Shown here: in pieces, positions 47,801-60,015 of the stretch
Layout of the letters: every line of letters begins with the position of its first letter
How positions within the stretch are numbered: position 1 is the first letter of the stretch
Assembly: GCA_000708835.1 (NCBI GenBank)
Contig: DF237151.1
Span: 62,001-126,000, forward strand
DNA: 64,000 nucleotides
Source of the DNA: Klebsormidium nitens
Taxonomy: Eukaryota; Plantae; Klebsormidiophyceae
Direction: 5' to 3'
Translations under genes and position numbers: made by a program
Notes under the pieces: generated by a model
Told to the model about the DNA's origin: nothing
The model's database searches: none
The model's input: the letters and a program-made list of their open reading frames with translations, nothing else

Positions 47801-49720
47801 ATTATACCTTCTTCCGTGAAAGAGCAGATCGGGATCAAGCACGGTCCTCTTTTTGAGGTCGGCATTTACCTGCCACTTGCGCCGAGCGTGCTGGAAGTGG
47901 CGGCGACCTTGGCAGAGTTTTTGCTGCCTCGTAGACGCACAGCTAGAAGGCTGTTCGAGGACGCCCCTCTTCACCACTTCGATTGAATCAAATTCAGGTT
48001 TCGAGTGTTACACGCAACGGATTGCGCGCGGCATGTAGAAGCGCCAGGATGACCGTACGTCTGAAGTGCATCTGGCTTTCAGAAGAACAATAGATTGTGG
48101 AGCCACAGCAGCATCAGTCCAAGCAGGCGAGGACATGGGCACCATTTTGTTGTCTCCCAGATCGAACCCGGCACTCGTCATTGCTGCCTGCAATCTCATT
48201 GTTCTTTCCCGCGTGCTAGCAACTGTCCACATGTTAAGAAACCGGACCAGCGTAATTAGATAAGATCTCTGGAAGGTAGTGAAGCCACAAGACTGATGAG
48301 GAGATAGCAAAGCGCGCAGTACACGGTTCAGACTGTTGCAAAGGAAGAGGGCAAACGAACAACTTGTTCTTGAAACAAACAGAGTACGGATGCCGAATCT
48401 GCTGCAAAAGAAACAGGCTTGTCAAACAAGGTGGAATAATCATTCCGAGCACCATTCAGAGAAAAGGATGGCCATTCAAGTCCTCTGCCAGTTGGAGATT
48501 GGGTCACGGCAAACGGGCTTTGAAAATTCACCAAAATAGAAGGGCTGACTTGTAGCATCAGCACGCAGACTCCAACTGTGTTTGAGGCGCTTTTGTGTTC
48601 GCGCTCCCAGGTCTTTCAGTGCATCACGGCTTTCGGGAAAACTCACCCACCTGGCAAGCAACTCGACTGCTGTCAAAATGGATGAAATGGATGAAACAAG
48701 TTGAATTGTTTCATGTGAGTCGCTGGTTTTGCAAGCCAAACAGGTCGAAGAAGCCGACGAGCCCACCAAACTTGGGAAGCTTCAAAGAAGTCAGTCCGAA
48801 AACAGAGTCCATACAATCTTTCAGTGGAACCATCCCCATTTGGTCGCAACTCCAAAGGGCTGACAATCAACGTCCCAACTTTGTTAAGGAAGGAATATTT
48901 GGTGCAACGAGGTGTTATCAAGCTCCGAGCATCAGACGGTCGCAACCAAAGAAAGTTGGGGCTTAAAAGATGCCCCGCTTAGCTTCGCACACGTACATCA
49001 CTGCTTCGAAGCAGATTTTCCCTTATTAGCATCATCTGGCTCTTGCGGTTATCTTCGAAACCCTTAGGACGCTTCGATCAAAAAAGCTCTCCGGCCATCC
49101 GCTGAAAACACAACAGGACCCTTTGGCCCCAACGGAGGTAAGTTCAGCTCCGCGGTGCCGGGCGGAATCATCACAACAAGCAGCGAACGCCGCGATGACC
49201 GAACACAAGGCATTTGTGTGGGATCTCGATCGATCTGGTGTGGTGCTTTTTGGAGAAAACTCAAATAGAGTTAGCATTTAAGTAGGATTGAAGGAGACGT
49301 CTTCAGCCAACCGTAATCTACGGCAAAGAGTGAGACCGGGGACAAATGGCCAGTGGGCGCTCTTTTGTCAGCCTTGTTAGGAGTTCAGGCAAGGCAGGAG
49401 AAGCCTCAAGGCTAAGATCACGAATTCCAGGTGGTGTTGCAAAGGGATCGAGTAGCTTTCTATGTACTCGCTCTTGGCATGCGTGAAGGTCTTCTAGGAC
49501 GTAATGGTTGAGAAACAGTTACGACAGTGGCATCAGAGAAGAGCGTTTCCGCCTTGAGCTCCATCTTGCGTAGCCCCAGGTATCCGCGCTCATCACGCCC
49601 TCTAAAAAGTACGCGGCTTTGTGTTCCAATCAGAGTCCGGAGATCAAGAAGACGCCCAAAGAACGCTCAGCCCTAGACCGCCATATGCTATGGGCTGGTT
49701 TTGGTTTGTGCTCGCCCACT
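44850..49720 (-). pseudogene. Relic modules M+L, second copy
   Basis: 44850-47350 aligns with 37100-39960, and 47350-49720 aligns with 34350-36900 (e.g. atttaagtaggattgaaggagacg at about 36440 and 49277). Confidence 0.62.
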
Positions 49721-50299
49721 GCATCCTAGAACCAATAAACAATCAATTTTAGGGGACGCCCTTTCTAAACCGGCCCTTATTAGGTTAACGTGTTAGCAAA
49801 ACGCCCACAAGTTGTTTGAAGCCGCAATCTAAGATTGAGCCTTTTATTCACTGACGTCGGGCCTCAGATTGCTTCGGGGACCCAATTAAATATGCCAGGA
49901 GGCCCCAAGAGAATGTTTCGAACGTGAGACACCTTCTTTGGACAAAAAATGAAGGGCTTATAGCAGCGTCGGTGAGCAAGTAGCCAAGCAGTGAGGCGCC
50001 AGTTCAATGGTCTCGCAGACATCGGCACTCATCCTCGCTGCTTAAAATAGGCTGTTTCTGCAACGCGCATCCCACATATTGCCAAGAACGAACCCTCGGT
50101 CCGCCATATATACAGAAATGTCAAAGGTGATGATTGCACAGAGGGCCCAACTAGCGAATCACGCAACACGGTCGAGCCGTTCGAGGAAGAATTGAGCCGA
50201 ATCAAACGTCAAGTTGAACGTTTCTTGAAACCATCAAAAACTAGACTGAGTAGGTACCAGTGCAACCGACTGGGCCGCTGGGAAAGAAAAGTAAAAAAG

Positions 50300-53200
50300 C
50301 CAGATTCTAGTCTTTCAGCAGATTCTAGAGAGTTGTGGCGACTGACAGATGCCGAGACTAGATCTTTGCCGGATAAATTTGGGGTCATGCAGTCAAACGG
50401 GTGCCCTCTTATAGCTCGGTCTAACACTGGACTAGCCAAATTGCAATGGTAACATTAGCACAAGAAGTACCTCTGTGAGCCTGGGCGCTGTTTAAACGTG
50501 CGCGCCCATTGCTAACGATGCACTACGTCCGCTTTCACACGATTATCTGACGTGCCCGTCTTTGATGACGACTTGACGGCCATGGAAGGAAACGCAAAAA
50601 GGTGGAGTTGTGTCACACGGAATCTTGCGTTGGGTTGGGCGTCGAGAGACGTCAACAAGGTGGAGGATATCTTGAGCCGACAAGGAGTGGCCGACTCGCG
50701 ACTCTCAAAGGCAATGGATCTTGGATTATCACTACTCTGCCGGCCAACGACGTTATACCATCCATTCATTATACCATCGGCCCTGCTATCTTTCGGCTAC
50801 ACGTACCAGCACTTGACCAATTCCCGGTACGTGAGAGGTGCGGTAACGCGTTCATCAAGATCAGAGTGTCAGAGATGCACAACTGAGATACTATTGGGCA
50901 TGCAGATCGCCGCCCAGTTCAGCGGTGCACATCACTGCTTCTGGGCAGGGGTTTCTGAATATCATGAACTGGCCATCATTCCAAGAGAGAGTTAGTACTG
51001 CGCCTTGTGTTGGATCACCGCTGGTCCAAAAACATTGTGGATCGGCGCAACCAACACGCGTATTCTTTCAATATCACGCCCGACCCAGAGTTTAAGGGTT
51101 TATCAGCAACGCCACCAGCCAACGTCATCAAAGCCGTCTTTACACCTGGCCGACCTTTCCTCTCGGGCGCGTATTGGGTCTCATGGCCACTGTCGAGGAC
51201 CGAGTTCTACCGTAGGCGCTTCCGAGACTTCCTGGCACGCCAACGGTCACGCCTACCCAGTTAAAAGCGTCAAGCCTGCGTTACGCAACAGCTTCGGGAG
51301 GAGAAGGCCAAAGATGGGGCGCGGGGCGCAATCCGGCTACTCCAAAGTGATTGGCATTCGTTATCGCTGCTCTTACTCCACTAAGAGAACAAATGAGGCG
51401 ATCGCGCAATACAGTCAGTCAGATTCTAGGGAACCGTGGTCAAGCTGCCATGGATGATATCGTAGACGGATGAGGTAAGCAAAATGTGTAGGACCAGCTC
51501 GAAGCTCGAGAGCCCTCGAGCTAGTTGATTTACTACCAGAGTGCTGCAACTTACGCGATCAATTATTGAACTGCCCGGCAGCCTGCTTTGACATGTCAGC
51601 GCTAATTCCCAAAAGAAGAGACCAGACCAACGAGGAGAACGAAGCAGCTGCCAGGAATCGTATTGCGGCCTTGAGATGACTCGGACGTCTTTCGTCAGAG
51701 TTCTCTCTTGCAGCTGGAACTTCAGCCCAGAAACAAACAGCAAAGCGTCAGCATCATAAGCCACAGACCCACCTTGAGGCAAGAAGCCCCTTTTCCTTAT
51801 ATACATCACAGCCAGATAAGGTGAATCTACGAGCTTCATCCGTAAGCGCGAAACACCATTCGAAGGATCTTTCGAATCTAATAAGAGAAGTCGGCCAAGC
51901 TTTATGTCAGAAAAACAGGGCGATCGGACGAAGAGATTGAAACAGCTTCATGTATGCAGCCTTAGAAGAGACGTTGGCAGGATCAGCCCTCCTCCAACGA
52001 CCAAAAGACAGTAAGTCCACTTGTATAGTCGCTGTTAAACCGCCACGATATCGTATTGGCGGCGAAACAACAGCGCTGCTAGCGCTGTCGTCATCTGGCA
52101 AACTCCCACAATTGCGTTTGCCGACGCCCTCCTTTGAGCCCTTTCTTCACTGATTTTGGGCCTCGATCAGGTTAGCAAAGCTTATATGTGCAGTAAAAGG
52201 CTTCGTACTGACGACAGCAACTTTCAAATGGACTGAAAGGATTTCGGATGATTACGGCAGCGTCGGGGCCCAAATGATGACACAACACTTGAAACCTTGG
52301 ACGTAAACAAACGGTCTCCCAAGAAGGAGCCCTCATCATTGCTGCTTATAACTAGTAGCTCGCATAGATTTGCGCGTGTTCAGTTTGTATCAACAACGAA
52401 CACTGGGTCAGCGGCGAAAATATTTTGTAGATGGTGATGAATGTACAGGGCTCATGAAGAAAGAAAAGCGTGTAGCCGCACAAATCCGAGCTGCTCCCAG
52501 ATCGACCAACCGTTTCGAGAAACATGATGAACCCTATCACAGCCCAACATGAGAAGCAGGCTCGCCAAGTCCGAGCCCAGTAAAAGATTCCATCAATTGC
52601 TTTCGGATAGCCTCTACCAACGCGGACGTTAGATTGAGAGTATTCAGTGTTTCACCAAAGAAAGGCATGTCAGGCAAGCCGCATCTTTGCCAGCCTGTCA
52701 TAAGAAGTACTTTGAAACATCAGCACAGTGGTGCATCGGAACATCTTTGAGGCGGGGCCCAGCTAGCTCTGTTAGTGCATCACTGCTTCGAGTCCCTCAC
52801 AAACACCCGTCTTCATAGAAATTGGTTGTTCACGTGAAAGCAGAAGGGTTGAGGTTGCAAGTCCGAAGCAAGCGAAACACGCGACTCTCTCAAGCTGATG
52901 CTTTATGACCAGAGTAACGCAGTCGCTGCAGCACAAATAGAAGTGATCGATGGCCTGTGCGGCAGCCAGCTTAATGACCAGCTAGCGCTTGTAGAAAAAC
53001 AGATGACGGGGACAATAAGGAGATTGAAGATTTTATTAGCACCCATCCAACGGCAACATATACGATTTGGGAAATTACGCGAGAGCCGAAAGACGTTCGA
53101 CTTAAAGGAGATGACACTGAAGGGCATAGGAACGTGGCGTCAGCATCGAAGCTGTATGAGGCAACATATTTAACGCCCCATCATTTCAATTGAGCGCATC

Positions 53201-56200
53201 ACAGCCAGAAAATCCGACCTACTTATAGCGTCTTGGTAACCGAAACGCCTGCTAAAGAATCTTTTTTGACCCGAAAGGGAGAAGTGGAACACTTTGATGA
53301 CAGGGCACCCTTTGGGAGCTGATTTTTGACATAGAAAGCAGGTTCGTGTCTATATCGTCTACAAAACGAGATCAGAATAGTATAAGAATAGTTATTTTTG
53401 TTCTGCGACCAAGAACTGAGTTTTGTGCTCCCCTGGTCGCTATTACCTGCCACGTGACCAGATCGACGAATCGGCGCCGACCACATCAGCGCGCTACTGC
53501 TGTCACGCAAACGCCCCCGAATCTATCCGCCAACGACAATGCTCCAATCTGGCCATCTCAGGGTGCTGGCGTTGGGCCACAAGATTGACAAAAAGTAATA
53601 AACTGGAGCGTCATCACAGCATTCGATGGGCCATGTCTCAAGAACAAGAACAAGAACAAGAAGAAGTGGAGGATGGACCACAGCAGCGTCGGTGCATGCA
53701 AAGAGTCATCAACGACTGGGGTCGCCATTTGTCGGTCTTCCCAAAGTCGGCACTCGTCATGGCTGCTTGCACGTCTCGAAGCTGTTTAGCTTGTGTCCAG
53801 CAATCAGCGTTGGGAACGTACAACTTTGAACGGTAATGATTCATTGAGCTTTTCTTAGAAGCAATGACGAATTGGCGAAGCTTGTTTAAAATGCACACCG
53901 GGGTATGGATAAGCGGCCAAACCAATCTTAAAATTTCTGGACCGTATTCGTGCAGTAAGTGAAGCGTTTGTACCGCCTCTGACAAAACAAAATCTTCAAT
54001 TCGGATTGGAACGATCCGTACCACCTCAATTACTATCGACCCAAAGCTTACGTCCACAACGTGACCTATTTCCGAAACACTAAAGAGGCGGTGCAATAAA
54101 GTGTCCTCGAGATCAAGCGTCAAAGACACAATCTCTGACATTTGGGCTTTCCACAACGCCCAGTTTGGCGACGAACATCGCTGCTTCCAGGCAAGTTCTC
54201 CAGAATAGCATCAAGAAATGGCCATTAACTGCATCCAAGAACGTTAGCATCGCCTGTGGAGACTTGGCCGGACCACAATCAAATATCCCGGTAGCATAGT
54301 TTGATACAACGTGCGTGTATTTGCACCTGAGGCGAAAGAAGAGTTGGAATTCCAGCTACGCCGCTAGTCAACTTTCTAACTCCCTCTTCACACCCGGTCG
54401 GTCGGGCTTTCCTCCGAGGCTGATGTTGGGTCTTGTTATCACTAAGGAGGACTTTATGAAGGGCTACCGAAAGCTGCTGACGCGCATGCTCTGTCTGCAT
54501 TATTGCAATTCGGCATCGGGAGGATAAAGTGTCAAATGGGGCGCCTATTGAATACTCCCAAATCTTTGGCACCCGTCATTGCTGCTTGCATGCAATCTGA
54601 ACACCAAAGCCTCGCGAAGAACAGTCCCTCAAACGGCACGGGCTTCGTACAACGATGCAAGCGGACGAAGTCTTCTAACGTTTTTAGCTCGCCCCGACCA
54701 TATCACCAACCCGACCAAAGCGACCTACTCAAGCTGGATGATCAAAGCACCAGACGACCGCAGAGGGCTGCAGCACTACGTTAACACTGAGCTGCGACAA
54801 GCCTGCTTGGCGTACAAGCGCTTACTGATGAAACAGAGAGAGTACGAACTTCAGACCAGACGCAAAAAAGTATCACGTCGACCGAGCGGCTATGTAATCT
54901 AGGCGCGAGACGCCAAAAATGCTACTTAAGTATTCGAATCTTGACCTGGAACGCCAGCTTAGGGAACAAGAAAGAAAGCATCAGCATGCACGGGATGTCG
55001 AATTCATTTGAGGCAAGCACAAACTGCCCCCCCGTTTCTTTGGGTGCATCACAGCCAGACAAATCGGATTTACCAAAGTGTTTTGTAACTGCGAGATGCT
55101 GGAGAGAATAAAACAAAGCTTTTGAGTTCAAAGTAGTAAGTCAACTGAGAGTTGCATGCACCTCAAAGAGCGGGCTCTTATTACCAAGAATTGTTTCTTG
55201 ACAGTAAGAGAGGGCGTCATGTATGCAGCCTTAGAAAACGACGTCGGCCTCGGAGTGTGTTGCGCGGACCTGATCATCTGCGAAGGTCGCCAGAAGATTT
55301 CCAAACGCGCACAACCAAAAACGCGGTCTTCCAAGAACAACAGGTTTGGGAATAGAGCAGCATCGGAGCCCAAATGATGGACAACCAGAGGTGAGGGTCT
55401 CTCAGAAAGTGGTACTCTTCATCGCCGCTTGCAACTCGGTGGCTCTTCTAACAAGTGTGTCCATTATTTGGTAAGAACGAGATTCAATGGGTTAGCATTC
55501 AAGGATTCAAACGTGTGATATATGCACAGGTTTGACGCCGGGGAAACGAAGGTGGCACCATACAATCGAGCTCGTCCAGTTGGAAGAACAGCAACTGTAG
55601 CAATCAACCGTTTATAAACTAGCCTGAGAAGTGCAGACAAATCGCCGCTGAGAAAACAGATTCCTCAAAGCAGCGGCCCAACATGAATCTTCTGGGCGAC
55701 TTTCGAGGAGGTCCTGGTTGAAAGAAACCTTAGCGCGCGCGTATATCCAACCGATATCAACAGATTAGTGTCGGTGTCTCCTGAGAAAGTATTTCGAATC
55801 GTTTTGCCACGACATCAGGGGACTTTGAAGCATCAGCACGACAATCCCACACGTGCGTGAGGCATTGAGTGAACATTCGCGCCCCAGCTATGACGGTGCA
55901 TCATGACTTTCCAAAGGATCAGCAATGCGGCAACTTGTTCGATCCGGCTGTAGAGCAATGACGAACTCGAGGTCACCTGTTTCGCCAAAAGCGTCGGCAA
56001 TCTGGGTACTGACAGGCACCCACGATCGGCTGGAAGGAGGGTTTGGAGCCCACAAGAGGCGGGACATTGTGGGAGAAGTATTAGGGGTCAGTCTCCAACG
56101 CTTTTCGTCCCTGGATATCAGCCCAACTATTTCGTGATTCTCGGGGCTCATGGTCGACCTAAGTAGACTCCAGCAAGCGACAAAAGCCGCATTCCAGCGA

Positions 56201-56400
56201 ATCTTATAAATGGAAACAAAGAGGAGCGGGTGTGAATTTTCTTCCTCCGTCAAGAAATTGCTTTGGTCAGTACATCCGTCTGCATGAAGCTTAGCACAAC
56301 AGCGCCGATCAAAACTGACAGCTTGAAGTCTCTTTGCAAGGATATCGACCACAATGGCATCAGAAGCGAAACTGCGTCTGCTTGTGGCGCCATCAACGTC
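50300..56400 (-). pseudogene. Further LRR relics
   Basis: The 172-aa minus ORF 53638-54156 reads EIVSLTLDL...AVQTLHL...LRQFVIA...VQAAMT; DLSGCDAP at about 55050; QAAM motifs at about 52336, 53756, 54575 and 55421. Confidence 0.55.
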
Positions 56401-59400
56401 ACGTGCACCTCAGACGTTCGCTTTCGTCACGCCCTTTCAAGACTTTGCAACTTTACAGTCCCCGTGCTCTCTTGAGAAAGCTAAGAGCAACGGAGACGCC
56501 AGTACGTCCGGAGAGGCCAGATAAGCTCATCCCTACACCGTCAAATCTGGCTGTTAAAGGATTCTGGCTGCCCACAACATGCAGAACACCATCAACTTTT
56601 GACCAACATGTAAAAAATTCAGGAGGACCATGTCGATCGAATCAGGCCCGAAAAGGCGAACTTGTCTGGCGAAGCTTCTCGCTGGAGCGTGGCCAGCTCG
56701 GAATGACTGCTTAGCCCCACAAATTTAAGAACCATTAAAAGGTCCGTACGTTTTGACGCCGGGAATTGGTGGAAATGCAGAACAAAATCTTTTCGTGAAG
56801 CGTGTGCCCCAAACGAGCTTGCAACAAGCTTCAAGGCCACGATCAAAGGCTCGTTACTTTGCGAGCTGACTTCGCTTGAAGGTTGCGGCCGGGCGCCATC
56901 ATAGCCAGGCTCTTCTTGTTGCCAGGTGCACAGCACAACCAGCTAACTGCACATTGTGTGGCGAAAGATGTATCCACCCTGGGTGTGCATTGCGTGATTT
57001 GCATGCATTCGAGTATACTTTCCGAGGGTGGTCCTGAGCGTCAGCACGCAACTCGTCCTTGAGGCGCAGATTGTCAGGTGCCCCAATCTCGCGTGCGCAT
57101 CATAGCTGGCCGGAACACGCATATTACCTCCGTGTGAGGGTCTTGATGCGAACGGGAGGAAGACAAGCCTTGGCCCATATTCTTCAAAGTCCAGAGTTTG
57201 CAGCGTGCACGAGGCATCCGTCTATAGTCGGATAATATTTGGACCCCACGAACAGTGCAAAAAACGGCTTTTCCCAAGCGTACCCGAAACTTCACTCTGC
57301 TTAAGCGTCTGGCTCGCGCATTTTGCTTAAGCAGAAAGTCCGTGGGTTCGAGAAGAATAGGGAGCCGCTTAAAAGGAGCGAGCACGAATCTGAGTGAAAG
57401 AATCGTGCGATCAAACGTACTCGTGGCATCTAACTGACGCCATCAACTGGGGCAACCATCGTTTATGGCCCCAGTATTGCGAACATTTTCATTGCCAGTG
57501 CTACTCGAGAAGAGTCAAAAGCACAATAAACCTCGAGGTCTCTGTAGCGTCCCCTATAGGGAATCAGGGCGCACAGAGACGTCTCCCGCCAGGCTCAAGC
57601 CGGGCTGGGCTAACACTCAACGGAGAAAGGCGTGCGAGGCATGTTAAACATGACCCCCAGGGTTTCAGCGGGTCTTACCCTAACCACAGCGTCAAAGTGG
57701 TTGTACAAAAGGCGAATTGGCGTGATGGCCGAGAAAAGGACGCCACAAAAAAGAGCAGAAGCGAGGAGTCCCAGGGAAAACTTAGGTGGCAAGCCGACGG
57801 CAACCTGAACTTGGATGAACGTGAAGGGTGCGAACAGAGAAAGGGCGTGAGAGAAACGAGAAAAAATGCCGTGACTCAGGGTTGGGATATAAAGAGATTG
57901 AATCACGACAACGAATTGCTACCACATGCAGGCAGAGAGAAGATACTAGATAAACCAAAAACACAGCAATTGAGGCTGCCAGAATCAGAAACGAGGCCTT
58001 TCGACGGTCCCTCACACGGTGCGATTTGCTAAAACTTCGAAAGGTGGAACCGCAACGTTTGAGATAGTGCGGATGTAGAGTTGTGGGTGCTAAACGCATT
58101 CGCATAAGATTGTGGCTGCCCATGCACTAGTCATCGTTTGCCACAGGGTGTTTGAAGCGCGGCCTGTTCCATTTGAGGCATAAACCCGACAACGTTTCCA
58201 AGAGGATTGCCTAAGCATCATAGAAACAGTCGGGCAGACGCGCGACGGTAGCAACAACCCACAGCCGATTCGCTGTTTTGTGTATGCGGCACGTGGACTG
58301 GGCAGTGAGGCTCGTCCCAATAGCGGTAGATCGAGACGAGAGCACGGAATCGGATTTGCATCCGGAACGGGCCGTGAGAAACAATGGGCGCTTTGAGCGT
58401 CAGCTTGTTTGACAGCACAGTGAAGGACAAAGGGTGCAACTTCCAGCACGCGGCTAGGAGAGAGCCTGCTGAGTCTCTCACTTGGAATTCAACATCTGTC
58501 AGTCTACTTTCAACGAGACAATCCTTAATGCTCAATATCTCGTGCCAAACCATTACAGCATCAGCAACACCAAGTTAGAGACTGAAGCCCTTGCTGGCAA
58601 TGCTTCAGTCCTGGTCGTGCATCATTACTGTCAAGCCAGTGGGGCGTAGACGACTACGCACGAGAACAACTAGAGCTGTGACTGGCCTCAGCAGAAAGAA
58701 TACATGAAGCATGGCCTCCACGAGGACGCCACATTCAACCCTCATAAGCCAGTACGATACCCGCAGCTCAGACTGGCCGTTAGAAGGTTGGGGCTCGTGA
58801 TCTGACTCTGTTAAGAGTGTTGCGGGGATGTGCACAGATCAATTCGGCACTTCGCTCGTCAAAATATGGCTCGTTCAACGACGTACTTGAATTGAACTGG
58901 GCCGGCAACACAAGGAACAGTGAAACCGGACCCCAAAAGACTGGGTGCTTTAATTTACTAGAGGGGTATTTTCAAGGCGCGACTTTGAAGCTTCCAATAA
59001 AGGTAGTTCAGATCTTTGATCTGGAAGGGGTTGCCAATAATCAAGCAATGTGTTTACAGGCGGGATGCAAGATTCAAGGGATAAAGCTAGACGGCAATGC
59101 TTGGACACCAGTGCAAGGTGCCCACGTTGTTGGTTCTCCAAAGAACGGACCTTTGACAAAACAATGCAAGCACAAAGCGCAAGGAAAAGCTCTAGTTCAA
59201 ACATTCAGACCCGAGTTTTACAGGTGATTGCACGTGGACGAGCATGTGAGGAGGGAAAGCCAGGGGCACGAAAGGGATCGTACAACGTGCTAGAGAAAAG
59301 CGAGTTTTCATAATACCGATGGAAATGGGATTGCAGACTGGTTTGCATGATTGTGTCTGCTGAGAGTTTGAAGTTGCAGCATCATCGAATTGCCGGCTCG

Positions 59401-59860
59401 AAGGGTCGAAGACGGAGATGACCAGTACAGGTCAGTCGGGCAGCACGAATCATTGCTACGCCCTTCCAAAAAAGTATGCAAACGGTATGCGTAGTCAAGT
59501 GCATCAACCAAAAAGGAATTTGAGCACCAGCGTAAAGCTGAAGGCGACGATACATGCAGATAAACGGGTTAGACGCTGTGAATGCCCTCCGACAGTTTAC
59601 GATGAAACAGGTTTGTGAAGGTAGGTATGTTGCGATACGAAGATAGTAAGAATGTAAAAGCGGCCCAGTCTCCGGTTTGGGAGGGAAGGTCATCCTTCCA
59701 AGCTTAGTCGTCATCCATCGGGGTAGCTGTTCTTTAAAAGTGGCGCCGAATCCGACGCAATGTTTTTTAGCCCTTGACGTCGCCTTCTCCATCAGCTTAA
59801 TCTGCTTCATTCTCATCCACCAACGACGTCTAACGCATATCAGACTCTCACACATGACCA
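56400..59860 (-). pseudogene. Decayed relics including a hydrophobic segment and a possible F-box-like start
   Basis: caggtgcccca motif at about 57075 (also 39724 and 47153). Hydrophobic minus ORF 57610-57906 shares DNA (gga.gc.acaaaaaagagc) with about 32290. LLHSYYLRIATYLPSQTCFIVNCRR at about 59660-59590 resembles an F-box. Confidence 0.35.
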
Positions 59861-60015
59861 TTGCGGGAAAGGCGTTGAGGCAGGAATGGAATATTCAGAA
59901 GACGGTCAGACCATCAGTCCGTTCGATCCCTTCATTTTATGAGATCCTAATGAAGTTTCGGTGTCAATTCATCTTTGACACCGACACTTGTTCCACCACC
60001 TATTATAGGCTTGCC

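Noticed and set aside
57394-58032. 212-aa plus-strand ORF
   Set aside because: Charged, low-information sequence typical of the antisense of a hydrophobic frame; shared words with 30.5 kb and 32.3 kb reflect the repeat family.
19700-59860. Endogenous giant virus, transposon or RIP-like hypermutated region
   Set aside because: No capsid, polymerase, RT, integrase or transposase motif was recognised, and aligned copies retain CpGs without an obvious C>T bias.
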